A DNA stretch of 62,953 nucleotides, filler included, from a bacterium (GCA_027063545.1; 20 parts of 20 records of this genome joined end to end with filler, not necessarily neighbours in it); one strand, 5' to 3'; shown: positions 42,642 through 53,895, counted from the whole stretch's first letter. Numbers and translations: made by a program. Notes: generated by a model not told the origin, from the sequence alone.

Positions 42642-44258
42642 ATGAAAAGAAAAGATAGTTTTTTACTTTTATTGATTTTAGCTTTAATATATAGTGGTTG
42701 TACTAGTGTGGAATTTGACAATCCTATTGATCCTAAAGGATCAAATTACGTTGGAGATACATTAGCTGCAGATGATGATGGAGATGGAATTGCAAATTAC
42801 TTTGATGATGATGATGGAGATGGAATTCCAAATTACAAAGATCCAGACTCTAAATATTATATAGGTGAAGTAGAACAGGGAGATAATGAACTTGTTTTAT
42901 CTGTGAATATAGGCTTTAATGATACAATAATTGAACCAGGAAATAAAATAGTTTTTGCTCCAAAAATAGAATCATCCTTGGGACTTCAATTGACAAAATT
43001 TGATTATGATGGGGATGGAATTTTTGATGATTCTTCTGCATTAGCAAATCCACAAAAAGAATATATTTATGCAAAGACAGGTGTATATAAAGCAGTAGTA
43101 TTAATAAAAGATAAAGCTGGTAATATTGCTACAGATACAGCAACTATTCAGGTTGTTATATATGATGAAAATGATAATACTCCACCTGTAATAGTATTAA
43201 TAGGGGGAGATACTGTTAAGATAAAAGAAGGGGATAGTTATACAGCTTATGTTTCTCCTAATTCTGGATATATAGCTTATGACATAACTTCAACAGGTGA
43301 TACTGTTGATCTAACAAGTTTAGTTGATGTAGAAGATAATGTTAATAATAATGTAGCAGGGGAATATATAATAGTTTATACAGTTAGCGATTTAGCCGGG
43401 AATAAAGCGACAGCAACTAGAGTAGTTATTGTTGAGCAAAATAATATTGTTGTAGGAGGAGGTTCTGCCCCTATAATCTCTTTTGAACCAGATACTTTAG
43501 TTATTCCATTAGGAGCAAGATTGACAGATGACATTTTATTACAGGGTGTATCTGCTTTTGATAAGGAAGATGGCGATTTAACAAAAGAGATTCAAATAGT
43601 AGATAATAATATTGATGTATCAACACCTGGTATTTATGAAATTACATATCAGGTTGAAGATAATTCTGGAAATATAACTCAAGCAACAAGAGTAGCTGTG
43701 GTTAAATCAAATGATGTTACACCTCCGGTGATAACACTTGAAGGACAGAGTACTATTTATGTGCAAACAGGAGATCCTTATAAAGAACCAGGATATACAG
43801 CAGAAGATGATACAGATGGGGATATAACAGATAAGGTGGTAGTAACAGTTACAGATGAAAATGGGAATGAAGTTGATATTAATACATTTACCAATACAGA
43901 AGGAACTTATACTATAACTTATAAAGTTACTGATTTGGCTGGAAATGTAGGTACAGCAGAAAGAACTGTTATTGTTTCAGATACACCAGCAAATACTCTT
44001 ACTATAGCAAATAAAGGAGATGAAATTACAGGTCTATCAGAAGGACATTATATAGTAGAAATTCAGTTTAGTGGCTCTTTTACCATAGCTTTTGAAAGGG
44101 AAACAGGTAGTCAACAGATTTCTGTAACAGTAAGTGATGGTAATACAACTGTTTCAGCGACAGATTGGTTTGTACAATTTGATGATTTTACAGGACCTGT
44201 TACATTAACAATAGATGTTCAGTATTCTGCAGGAACTTTTAAAATAAAAACTTGGTAG
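42642..44258 (+). CDS. Surface lipoprotein with DxDGDG Ca-binding repeats, a PKD-like domain and three DUF5011/Ig-like repeats
   Basis: Lipobox SGC; FDNPIDP; DDDGDGI x2; DYDGDG; TPPVI.L.G...Y.V.D.AGN....R.V.V x3. Confidence 0.8.
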   Translation: MKRKDSFLLLLILALIYSGCTSVEFDNPIDPKGSNYVGDTLAADDDGDGIANYFDDDDGDGIPNYKDPDSKYYIGEVEQGDNELVLSVNIGFNDTIIEPGNKIVFAPKIESSLGLQLTKFDYDGDGIFDDSSALANPQKEYIYAKTGVYKAVVLIKDKAGNIATDTATIQVVIYDENDNTPPVIVLIGGDTVKIKEGDSYTAYVSPNSGYIAYDITSTGDTVDLTSLVDVEDNVNNNVAGEYIIVYTVSDLAGNKATATRVVIVEQNNIVVGGGSAPIISFEPDTLVIPLGARLTDDILLQGVSAFDKEDGDLTKEIQIVDNNIDVSTPGIYEITYQVEDNSGNITQATRVAVVKSNDVTPPVITLEGQSTIYVQTGDPYKEPGYTAEDDTDGDITDKVVVTVTDENGNEVDINTFTNTEGTYTITYKVTDLAGNVGTAERTVIVSDTPANTLTIANKGDEITGLSEGHYIVEIQFSGSFTIAFERETGSQQISVTVSDGNTTVSATDWFVQFDDFTGPVTLTIDVQYSAGTFKIKTW

Positions 44259-44275
44259 AGGAATTAAAAGTATAT

Positions 44276-44302
44276 GGCTACCCTGTTGGGTAGCCTTTCT
44301 TT
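44276..44302 (+). terminator. Rho-independent terminator
   Basis: GGCTACCC-TGTT-GGGTAGCC then TTTCTTT, between convergent genes. Confidence 0.8.
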
Positions 44303-44325
44303 GGATTAAGAGAATAAAAAATTTT

Positions 44326-45099
44326 TTAATAATTTAGTAATCTATAATATTTTACCCATTTATATTCAGCTATACTAGGTAGCTTATATTCTTCATCAAA
44401 GCCACCAGCCCATTCAATAGACTCAGATATCCATAGATTAGCTCTTATTGATAAAGTATGATGAATTCCTATATTTTTATATGCATAATATAGACTATCA
44501 TCAATGTAGAATTTTATAGAATCAGGTAAATAGTCTATTGTATATATATGAAAAGCGTTTTTAGCATCGAATGGTAGTTCTACAATAACAGGATGTTGGG
44601 ATTTAGGCTTATTCCATATATTAAATTGAACTTTTTTTGTTGCACCAACAAACTCTATATCTATCTCATTCCAAAATGTAGGAGTCCAATTTTTGTCAAA
44701 ATCAATATGTATTAAGAAGAAGGAAGATATAACTCCTTTTATAGAGACAGGTTTAAATTTTACAATATATCTTCCATAACTAAATTCTTTAGTGGTGTAG
44801 TATTCTGCCCCCCAATATGGTTTGTTTGGATATTTACCTTTAAAGGTTTTCTTTTTAGATAGAATAAGTTGAAGTTTACTGTTCCAAAAATTGACATTTT
44901 CAGGGTTGAATTCACAAAGATTTGTTTCGAAAGTCCAATCACCCATAGACCAATTATCATTATATTTATCAAAGTCCTCAAAAAATTCTAAGACAAAAAT
45001 CTTATTGTTTATTTTTAGTGTATCTTGTAGATTTTGGGATAATATTTCAGAACAAAAATATACCCAAATATATATAATAACTAATAATAGTTTTCTCAT
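44326..45099 (-). CDS. Secreted GH16 beta-glucanase, paralogue of 2711-3715
   Basis: Signal peptide; WNEIDIEF; shares WTF..NLCEF, YP.KPYW and SFFLIHIDFD.NW.PT.W.EIDIEFVG.T.KVQF with 2711-3715. Confidence 0.85.
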   Translation of the reverse strand: MRKLLLVIIYIWVYFCSEILSQNLQDTLKINNKIFVLEFFEDFDKYNDNWSMGDWTFETNLCEFNPENVNFWNSKLQLILSKKKTFKGKYPNKPYWGAEYYTTKEFSYGRYIVKFKPVSIKGVISSFFLIHIDFDKNWTPTFWNEIDIEFVGATKKVQFNIWNKPKSQHPVIVELPFDAKNAFHIYTIDYLPDSIKFYIDDSLYYAYKNIGIHHTLSIRANLWISESIEWAGGFDEEYKLPSIAEYKWVKYYRLLNY

Positions 45100-45196
45100 T
45101 TTTTCCTCTCTTTTTATTTTAATTTATATTGATTATTTTTTATATTTTTTCAATAAAACTTAAAAAAGTAAACAGAAAAAAACAAGGAGAATAAAT

Positions 45197-45661
45197 ATGC
45201 AATTAATTAAAAGATTTACATTATTTTCTTTACTTTTTTTAGTAGTATTATCTACAGTAGGGTGTAAAGAAGATGACCCAAATACTTTTATGAAATATTT
45301 GGATAAGGCTTATAAAAATTATAATGCTAAAAAATTTGAAAAGTTTATAAAGCACTTTGATCCTTCAGTAAAGGGTGAAGGACAAGATTTTACTAATTAT
45401 AATCAAATCATAAATTTTTATAGAAAGTTTATTTTAGATGGATCTTTAGGAGGTGTTGATTTAGAGTTCTATCAAGCAGAAAAGCAGGGAGAGTTTATTG
45501 TTGCTGATTATAAAGAGGTTATTACTTACTATAAAGATGGGAAAAGACATCAAGTAGAAAGAGTATTAAGAGTTTGGGTTAAACCTTTAGGTAAGAATTT
45601 TAAGGTATATAAAGTTAAGGTATTAAAAATACCAGAAGGAGCAGGGACTCCATTATTTTAA
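45197..45661 (+). CDS. Hypothetical lipoprotein, NTF2-like pattern
   Basis: Lipobox VGC; helix then beta-strand pattern. Confidence 0.55.
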   Translation: MQLIKRFTLFSLLFLVVLSTVGCKEDDPNTFMKYLDKAYKNYNAKKFEKFIKHFDPSVKGEGQDFTNYNQIINFYRKFILDGSLGGVDLEFYQAEKQGEFIVADYKEVITYYKDGKRHQVERVLRVWVKPLGKNFKVYKVKVLKIPEGAGTPLF

Positions 45662-45727
45662 TTTAATCTTAATACGTATAGCGAATTCCTATATGTTAAA
45701 TTAAAAACTAAAAAGGAGAAAAAATAT

Positions 45728-46316
45728 ATGTCTAAAAAAGTTATAGGGATAGATTTAGGAGGGACAAATCTTGTTGGTGCTTTAATGATTGATGGCAAAA
45801 TTGTAAAAAAAGAAAAAATACCAACAGAAGCAGATAAAGGGAAAGATAGGGTTCTTGATAATATTGCTATTTTAATAGAAAAGCTAAAAAAAGATGATCC
45901 TGAGGTTAAATTTATTGGAATTGGAACCCCAGGAAATGTTATGGAGGATGGAGAGATTTATGGTTCTCCTAATATAAAGGGATGGCATGGAACAAAACTG
46001 TATGATGAATTAAAATCTAGGGTTTCTGGGATTGAAGTAGTTGCAGGGAATGATGTAGATGTAGCAGCATTGGGAGAGGTTGTTTTTGGAACAAATGAGG
46101 AGTTAAAGAAATCTAAGGTTGCAATTTTTGTTGCTCTAGGAACAGGAATAGGTGGTGGAATAATAATAGATGGGAAGGTTTTTACTGGTGCATATAATAT
46201 GGCAGGGGAAATAGGGCATATGACAATAGAAGTTGATGGAAGAGAATGTAGTTGTGGCAAAAAAGGATGTTGGGAAACTTATGGCTCAGCAACAGGAATA
46301 AAGAGAACATTTGTGG
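45728..46316 (+). CDS. ROK family sugar kinase (glucokinase-like), truncated
   Basis: GIDLGGT, ND, LGTGIGGG, GEIGH, CSCG..GC.E. Confidence 0.92.
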
Positions 46317-46416
46317 NNNNNNNNNNNNNNNNNNNNNNNNNNNNNNNNNNNNNNNNNNNNTTAATTAATTAANNNNNNNNNNNNNNNNNNNNNNNNNNNN
46401 NNNNNNNNNNNNNNNN

Positions 46417-46510
46417 TGGAATGGGTGGATGTGGGAAAGAAGGACAATCACCCCTTCCTGTATCAGATGGAGGTCCTCATATAAGGATAAAAGATGTACT
46501 TATTGGATAG
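46417..46510 (+). CDS. tldD: TldD/PmbA family protein, C-terminal fragment
   Basis: Manual translation GMGGCGKEGQSPLPVSDGGPHIRIKDVLIG*. Confidence 0.8.
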
Positions 46511-47294
46511 AATAAAGCTAAATCTTTATCTTTTGTTATATTTATTAGTTTTGGTTGGAGAGATATATAGTTTTAATTTAGATACAAATAGAGTTGAGAT
46601 ATATTCTTCTATTAGTTTTTCCAATCTTTATATGGAAGAATTTAAGGAGAAACAGAAGTTTTTTAATAGTTTTTACACAACATCAAATTTTTATATAGAT
46701 TCTATAAAATTATTTGAACCATATAGCAATTTAGTATCAGCTTTATCAACTTCTTTAAGTATATATTCTCCTTTTTTTTCTTTTAGATATAGAGGGGGTA
46801 TATCCATAGATTATGTATATATAGAGAATAGTTTAAGAAGTTTTTTAAAATATGCTGGTTTTAGTTATTATTTATTAGAAAAGCAAAAATATAAAATAGA
46901 TGCCACAGTATTATATTTGAATTTTCTTTATTCTCCACCGCAGGAAATAGTTTATTTCGATAGGTATAATATTTTTTATATTAATATAAGCTTAGGTTAT
47001 CTAATACCTCAATATTCCCATTTTATTTATTATTTAAAAAGAGATGATGCTTATATTAGTAAAGTTTATGGATTATTATCCCAAACTTTAGGATGGAAAC
47101 TAAGCTTTATTTTTTTAAAAAGTAATAAACAGATTAAATATGGGTTTAATATAGGTTTAAAGTCTATGATAACAACCTTAAATAGTATTGATGGGAAAAA
47201 AATTTCTTGGAAAGATTTTAATTATAGTTTAGAAGATGATTATGTTATAGTTGATTTAGGGGGGGTATTTATATCTTTTATTGTAGGATTTTAG
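46494..47294 (+). CDS. Hypothetical exported protein, probable outer-membrane beta-barrel
   Basis: Hydrophobic N-terminus, aromatic-rich strands, terminal Phe. Confidence 0.45.
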   Translation: MYLLDRIKLNLYLLLYLLVLVGEIYSFNLDTNRVEIYSSISFSNLYMEEFKEKQKFFNSFYTTSNFYIDSIKLFEPYSNLVSALSTSLSIYSPFFSFRYRGGISIDYVYIENSLRSFLKYAGFSYYLLEKQKYKIDATVLYLNFLYSPPQEIVYFDRYNIFYINISLGYLIPQYSHFIYYLKRDDAYISKVYGLLSQTLGWKLSFIFLKSNKQIKYGFNIGLKSMITTLNSIDGKKISWKDFNYSLEDDYVIVDLGGVFISFIVGF

Positions 47295-47297
47295 TAT

Positions 47298-48209
47298 ATG
47301 AATTGGAAAGAAATTTTTAAGATAAGAGAAGAATTAGAAAATTTAGTTATAAAATTTTTGGAAAGTAATGATATAAAAAGAGCATATGTGGGTATAATTA
47401 GTAAAAATATCCTTCCTGAGTATTATACTCCTTATTATAAATTGGATAAATATTACCTTTTGACATCTCCAGAATTATATTTAAAAAAACTTATTGGTAT
47501 AGAAAAAGAGTCTTTTTTTTCTATAGGAAAGGTATTCAGAAGAGAGAATGATTTAAATACTGGTATTCACTTACCTGAATTTGAAATGGTAGAATATTAT
47601 AAAATAGGATATAATCTAGACCAATTTATTCATCTAACATATGAATTATTAAAAAATGTTTTAGAACATTTTTATATTAAAAAGGGGATTTTATTTTATA
47701 CATGGCGGGAATTATTTAATCAAATAGGAATAGATTTAGATTTATTTGCAGAAAAAAATAGGATTGATTTAGTAAAAAAACGGGATTATTTGGAAGAAAA
47801 TGATAATTTATCAGAGATTTTTTATAAAATATTTTATAATGAAATATATCCTACTTTTAAAAATAAAATTGTTTTTGTTAAAAATTATCCATATTTTGAA
47901 AGGGCATTATCCAAATTAAATAAGAACACTAATGAAGCTTTAAGATTTGAAGTTTTTTGGAATCAAATAGAAATTATTAATGGTTATGAAGAAATTGATG
48001 ATTGTAATGAGTTAAAAACACTTTTATTAGAGTATAATTTAAAAGTTTCCGAACCAATAGAAATAGATGACGAATTTATTAAATTATCCACTTCTGTAGG
48101 ATTATATTCTGGAGCTAGTTTAGGTATGGATAGATTATTAAAATTAATCCTAAAAGAAACAAAAGATATAGATTTAGATATAAAAAAATTGACTTTTATT
48201 GATATTTAA
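47298..48209 (+). CDS. epmA: EF-P lysyl ligase-like class II aaRS paralogue (EpmA/GenX), divergent
   Basis: YLLTSPE..LKKL, GKVFR.E....HLPEFEMVEYY, A.RFE....IEIINGYEE, SGASLGMDRL; no anticodon-binding domain. Confidence 0.75.
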   Translation: MNWKEIFKIREELENLVIKFLESNDIKRAYVGIISKNILPEYYTPYYKLDKYYLLTSPELYLKKLIGIEKESFFSIGKVFRRENDLNTGIHLPEFEMVEYYKIGYNLDQFIHLTYELLKNVLEHFYIKKGILFYTWRELFNQIGIDLDLFAEKNRIDLVKKRDYLEENDNLSEIFYKIFYNEIYPTFKNKIVFVKNYPYFERALSKLNKNTNEALRFEVFWNQIEIINGYEEIDDCNELKTLLLEYNLKVSEPIEIDDEFIKLSTSVGLYSGASLGMDRLLKLILKETKDIDLDIKKLTFIDI

Positions 48210-48284
48210 GTATTGAAATATTTTTATAAAAAAATTTAATTTAATATATAATTATGTTAGTAATTTCAAAAAAGGAGATTATAT

Positions 48285-48416
48285 ATGTTAGAAAATAAAT
48301 CCGTGGCAGTTGTAATACCAACTTATTGGACAAGAGAAAATGGTGAAACAAGAGAAGGGGATTTAGTATTTGATCATCCAACCCCTTTAAATGAACAAGG
48401 TACATTTATAAGGACT
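48285..48416 (+). CDS. GT-A-like protein N-terminal fragment
   Basis: AGGAG RBS; MLENKSVAVVIPTYW...FDHPTPL..GT. Confidence 0.45.
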
Positions 48417-48516
48417 NNNNNNNNNNNNNNNNNNNNNNNNNNNNNNNNNNNNNNNNNNNNTTAATTAATTAANNNNNNNNNNNNNNNNNNNNNNNNNNNN
48501 NNNNNNNNNNNNNNNN

Positions 48517-49468
48517 TCTTGAACAAGAGATAACTCAATATGATAATGAAATTTCATTAAAAGAAAAGGAACTTTTTGATTTAATTTCTAAAATATCAAA
48601 TATTGAAAAAGAATTAAATAATAAAAAATCAGAAAAAGAAAAAATATCTGAAGAGTTATTAAAAAAAGAAACACTTATTAGATCCTTAGATGAAAAACTA
48701 AAATATATCTCAGATAGGCTTATCTCAGAATACGGAGAAACCTTAAACTCTATTATATCAAACATTGATACATTTGATAAAATAGATATAACCACTTATG
48801 AAAAAATTCAAGAAAGAATAAATATCCAAAAATCTAAGTTGTCAAAAATGAGAGAATCGTTAAATATGTTAGCAAAAAAAGAATTTGATGAATTGAGAAA
48901 AGAATATGATATTCTTCTCAAAAATAAATCTGACATTGAAAAGGCTAAAAGAGATTTAGAAGAAACAATAAAAAAACTAGATAAACAAGCAACAGAAAAG
49001 TTTTTAAAGATATTTCAACAAGCTAGGGAAAACTTCCAATATCTATTTAGTTTAATATTCCCTTATGGTAAAGGAGATCTTATCCTTATAAATGAACAAG
49101 ATCCATTAAACTCTCCTATTGAAATAATCGCAAAACCAAAAGGGATAAGGTCAAAAAGACTTTCAATGCTCTCAATGGGTGAAAAAACTTTAACTGCTAT
49201 ATCTTTAATTTTTGCTCTGCATAAAATTAAACCATCTCCATTTGTAATATTAGATGAAGTTGATGCTCCTCTTGACGAATCAAATGTTGTAAAATTTATA
49301 AAATTAATAAAAGAATTCTCTAAAAATACCCAATATATAATTATTACACATAATAAAAGAACTGTAGAGTTTGCAGATGCAATATATGGAGTTACAATGC
49401 AAGAGATTGGAGTCTCAACAATAGTTAGTAAAAAACTTTCAGAGGTATCTCAACTTCTTGAAAAGTAG
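48517..49468 (+). CDS. smc: Chromosome segregation protein SMC, C-terminal part
   Basis: Coiled coil; LSMGEK.LTA, PSPFVILDEVDAPLD..N, ITHNK, YGVTM.E.GVS. Confidence 0.93.
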
Positions 49469-49471
49469 TTA

Positions 49472-50173
49472 TCACAATTTCCAATTGAATGGATAAAAGA
49501 CTAATTTAATTATACCTGTTGAAAGCAGTCCTTTTTGGTCATATTCTATTTTATTATATATCTCATAGAACTTATTTTCTTTTTCAGATGATTTTAATGT
49601 ATAATTATCAAAAGATGTTAAGTATCCTAAAGCTAGTGCTACATTAGGATTTAAAAATATGTAAATACTACCTCCAAATCCTATAGTATAACCTAGCCAT
49701 AAATTACTATAATCCTGAAGATCATCTAATATTGATACAAGCCCTATAAGAGTGTTAAATTGGGCTTTTACATACGAGTTTGTCATCAAGAAAAATGATA
49801 TTTCAATATTAATTGATTGATATTTATTATTTGTGGCAATTATTGTTTCATAGTTAGTAGAATTTATAATCTCTCTAATCTCCCTTTTTATATAAAAATT
49901 TGGAATATAAGTATAAAATATTCCTGTATGAACTATATTAAAAAAGAGTCTACCTATTGAAATATTATATCCTAAACTTGCTTTTGTTGTTGTATTTATA
50001 ATATAGGAAGTTGTGGAATCATAAGATGAAAATCCTAGTTTTGAGTTATAAAATCTTCCTGTTGGATTATTTATTGATATACCTGCTGATAAAAAAACAG
50101 AATTCTGGCTATAAAGATTTATATTTAATATAATCAATAATAATATAAAAATATTAATCAATCTTTTCTTCAT
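49472..50173 (-). CDS. Hypothetical exported protein, probable beta-barrel
   Basis: Signal peptide; alternating aromatic/Gly strands. Confidence 0.5.
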   Translation of the reverse strand: MKKRLINIFILLLIILNINLYSQNSVFLSAGISINNPTGRFYNSKLGFSSYDSTTSYIINTTTKASLGYNISIGRLFFNIVHTGIFYTYIPNFYIKREIREIINSTNYETIIATNNKYQSINIEISFFLMTNSYVKAQFNTLIGLVSILDDLQDYSNLWLGYTIGFGGSIYIFLNPNVALALGYLTSFDNYTLKSSEKENKFYEIYNKIEYDQKGLLSTGIIKLVFYPFNWKL

Positions 50174-50177
50174 GTTC

Positions 50178-50512
50178 TTACAATACTCCTTTTAAACCTA
50201 CCTGAATTTGAGAATCTCTTATTTCTATATCATAATTATAATTTAAATAAAAATTAGCAAGTATCCAATTTGATCTATATATATTATAGGATATAAAAGT
50301 CCCAAAAATCTTTCTTTTATATATAATATATTCTAAAAATGTTTTTGTTGAAGGATAGATCTCTGGATCCCACATTTCATATATAGTCCTTGGACCTTTT
50401 CTAACATATTCTCCTGTAAAATTTATATACCCCCTTTTTAATATTCCAAACTCCAAAGAACCTTTTAATCTATCTACATCACAGCCATATGAAAAAGAAA
50501 TAGGATGAGTAT
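50178..50512 (-). CDS. Hypothetical protein C-terminal fragment, possible Wzi-like outer-membrane protein
   Basis: Open frame to the contig edge with HPISFSYGCD.D, loosely resembling G...GPD motifs of Wzi-like barrels. Confidence 0.3.
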
Positions 50513-50612
50513 NNNNNNNNNNNNNNNNNNNNNNNNNNNNNNNNNNNNNNNNNNNNTTAATTAATTAANNNNNNNNNNNNNNNNNNNNNNNNNNNNNNNN
50601 NNNNNNNNNNNN

Positions 50613-51663
50613 TTTATCAACTCTTTCAGAGAATAAAGTAATAAAAGAGTTATTTGAGGATAAAGAAAGGGATTTTACAAGGCATATTTCTTTAAGTAAA
50701 TGGGCTGATCTTTTAATAGTTGCTCCTGCTAGTGCTAATTATATTGCAAAGTCGGCAAATGCAATATCTGATGATTTTTTGACAACATTTACTCTATCAT
50801 TTACAGGTCCAAAACTTATTGCGCCTGCAATGAATAAAGATATGTATAGAAATCCAATTGTCCAAGATAATATAGAAAAACTAAAGAAATATGGTTTTAA
50901 AATAATTACTCCAGGTAGTGGTTTTTTAGCATGTGGGGATATTGGCGAGGGGAGATTGGCAGAGATAGAGAAAATTATTTTTTCTATAGAAGAGGAGTTA
51001 TATGAGGAGAAGAATTTAAAAGATAAAACAGTTCTTATAACAACTGGGGCGACAATAACAAAAATAGATCCTATAAGATATATTACCAATCATTCTACAG
51101 GTACAATGGGATATTTTTTAGCCATAGAAGCACTTTTAAGGGGAGCAAAAAGGGTTATTTTAATAAAAGGTAAAAATTCAAAGATTGATAAAATCTATAG
51201 TGATAGAATAGTTATAGAAGAGGTTGAGACAAATAAGGATATGCTTGAAAAGGTAAAATATTATTTAAAAGAGGTTGATATTTTTATCTCTGCTGCAGCA
51301 GTATTGGATTTTAAGATTAAAGATTTTTCTAAGGAAAAGATAAAAAAAAGAAAAAATAAAGAAATTAATATAAATTTAGTAGAAAATATAGACATACTAA
51401 AAGAGATTAGTTCTTTAAAAAAGGATAATCAAATTTTTGTAGGATTTTCTTTAGAAACAGGAGATAATTTAGAGTATGCAAAAGAGAAGTTAAATGAAAA
51501 GAATTTAGATTTTATAGTATATAATACTTTATCTGATGGAGAAGTATTTGGAGACGTAAAAAGAAATTATATTATAATAGGAAAGGATAAAGAGGTTCAT
51601 TTCTCTAATATTTCAAAACAGGAATTGAGTTCAAATATATTCAGATTTATTTTTCAACAATAA
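50613..51663 (+). CDS. coaBC: Bifunctional PPC decarboxylase/PPC ligase, 5'-truncated
   Basis: APASAN.IAK, PAMN..M, LACGD.G.GR, DPIRYITNHSTG.MG, AAAV.DF, VGFSLET. Confidence 0.95.
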
Positions 51664-51680
51664 TTTTTTAATTTTATATT

Positions 51681-52463
51681 ATGAAAAGAGAATTTTTTAA
51701 GTTTTTATATAAGATTCAAGAATTTTATCCAGAAGAGATTTCCCTTTCAAAAGAGGAATATATAATTTTAGAAAATCTTCTTTTTAATAAAACCAATAAT
51801 AAAGTTTCTTTTAAAAATGAAAAAAAGGATTTTAAAAGTTATAATGCAAATACAATTGATAAGTCTAGTTTTATATATAATAATATTGAAGATTTATACA
51901 ATAAATATAAAAATTGTAGTTTATGTTATTTAAAGGATTATAGAAAGAATATTATATTTGGTAAAGGAAAGCTTTCACCTGATATAATGTTAATATATGA
52001 AAAGCCATCAGAAGAGGATTCTAGAAATCCTGATAAGTTATTTATAAACGATAGAGGAAGAATTATTTTAGCTTTTTTAAAATCAGAAGGTATAAATACA
52101 AAAAATATGTTTATTACACCTTTTATAAAATGTTTTGCAGAAAAAGAAATAAAAGAATCAGTTTATTATTCTTGTTTAGAAATTATTAAGGAGGAAATAA
52201 AAATAATAAATCCTAAATTAATATTAACTTTTGGAGCAAATATAGGAACTACTTTATTAAAAGAGGTTGGTATAATAGATAGTATAGATTATCCTATTTC
52301 AGAATTAAGATTAAGAGAATTTTCTTTTTTAAATATTCCTATGCTTATTACATATGATTATAATTTAATATTGACCAATAAAAGAATTTATAATTATTTT
52401 AAATTAAAGGATCTACCGTTCATTGGAGAGGTATATAGAAAAGTATTAGGAAGTTCAATATGA
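51681..52463 (+). CDS. Family-4 uracil-DNA glycosylase-like protein with degenerate catalytic motifs
   Basis: C..C.L...RKN..FG.G, KC, C...EI..I.PK.I.T.G; between coaBC and dnaB; GEAPG is YEKPS and TYHP is TYDY. Confidence 0.7.
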   Translation: MKREFFKFLYKIQEFYPEEISLSKEEYIILENLLFNKTNNKVSFKNEKKDFKSYNANTIDKSSFIYNNIEDLYNKYKNCSLCYLKDYRKNIIFGKGKLSPDIMLIYEKPSEEDSRNPDKLFINDRGRIILAFLKSEGINTKNMFITPFIKCFAEKEIKESVYYSCLEIIKEEIKIINPKLILTFGANIGTTLLKEVGIIDSIDYPISELRLREFSFLNIPMLITYDYNLILTNKRIYNYFKLKDLPFIGEVYRKVLGSSI

Positions 52464-52595
52464 GTGAAGAAGAAAAAGTTATAAGACAATTACCGCATGA
52501 TATTGAGGCAGAGAAAGCTGTTATTACAGCAATGATCTCTTCTCAGGAATATGCCCATAAAATAAGGGGTATATTAGGTAGTGAAAATTTAGAAG
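52460..52595 (+). CDS. dnaB: Replicative helicase N-terminal fragment
   Basis: R.LPHDIEAEKAVI; ATGA overlap with the UDG-like gene. Confidence 0.75.
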
Positions 52596-52695
52596 NNNNN
52601 NNNNNNNNNNNNNNNNNNNNNNNNNNNNNNNNNNNNNNNTTAATTAATTAANNNNNNNNNNNNNNNNNNNNNNNNNNNNNNNNNNNNNNNNNNNN

Positions 52696-53895
52696 ATCAT
52701 GTGCTATCTCTTGAGCTAGTTTCTTCGTATTTTCTCCTAATTTTAAATAGAGATCATTTATATTTTGTATATATAATATACCTAACGAACTAGGGGTACC
52801 TTTATATCTTTTTTTTCTAGCAATTTCTGTTTCAATAAAATATTTGAAAGTATCTAGATCTAATATATTTAATTCTTTTTTTAATAAAGAAGAAAAAGAT
52901 ATATCAAAGGAATAAATCGCTACACTTTCTCCAAGAGAAGTTAATTCATATTCTTTTATATTTTGAAGTATTAAATTATCTGCTTCAGTTTTAAAACCAC
53001 AATTAAAACAAACAGCATCTACATTTGCTTCTTGAAATATTGCCTTACATGAATTACACTCATATATAATAGATGGCTTATCGTAATCCACTCCTAAAGA
53101 ATTTAGAGTTTTTCCACATTTAGGACAAACTAAAGAGATACCCTGCTTAAAATCAGTTTCTTTACCGACATAACCACATCTAAAATGATGTATTATATCT
53201 TCAAAATATATATCAATAGACCCACATTTAGGACATATTTCTCTAAAATTTATTAAGGAAGAATAGCAATTAGGACAAAGATGTATTTTATCAATTAAAG
53301 TTCCAGAGATAAATCCTTCGTTTTCTAGAAAGTTTACAATATTTAAAAGCACTTTATCTTCTTTTGACAAGAAAATAGATACCACAGGATAAGTATAATT
53401 AATTATACCTTTAGGATTAAATACAGGTTTTAAAATTTTATTTCTTGTATATAAATATCTTAATATTTTTAGGTATATATTATTATCAACAATATTTTCA
53501 GTTAATTGATTGGTTTTTAATCGGATTTTATGAAGTATATCAGAAGGATTTTCTATAAAATTTGTAATACTACTCTCATCTAAAAAACCATCCACAACCT
53601 CTTCAAGAAATATTTTATTTTCTATATGTTCTAACTTATTAGATATTATGAATACAGGAAGAAGATATATAAAAATATTATTACTAGACCTTATTTTTTT
53701 TATTATAGTAATTATTTCATCTTCATTAAAATTGTATGAATCTATTATGACAGCTTTATAGTATTGAATAAAATCAATCTTATTTTCGTAAAATAATTCT
53801 AATTTTATATTTTTTACTTTTCCTTCAAAGTTAAAAAAGTCTTCCCTTTGAGTAATTAAGATAAATTGTTCCTTTATTTGGTTATTTTTTCCCAT
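52696..53895 (-). CDS. TackOD1-like multi-Zn-ribbon protein with degenerate receiver-like N-terminus and GGDEF-like C-terminus, truncated
   Basis: CPNC, CPKCGS, IHHFRCGYVG...DF....L.CPKC...L...GVDYDKP, C..C, C..C. Confidence 0.65.

Noticed and set aside
42771-42836. 30-bp near-tandem repeat GATGATGATGGAGATGGAATT(G/C)CAAATTAC
   Set aside because: Explained by the duplicated DDDGDGIxNY motif in the lipoprotein
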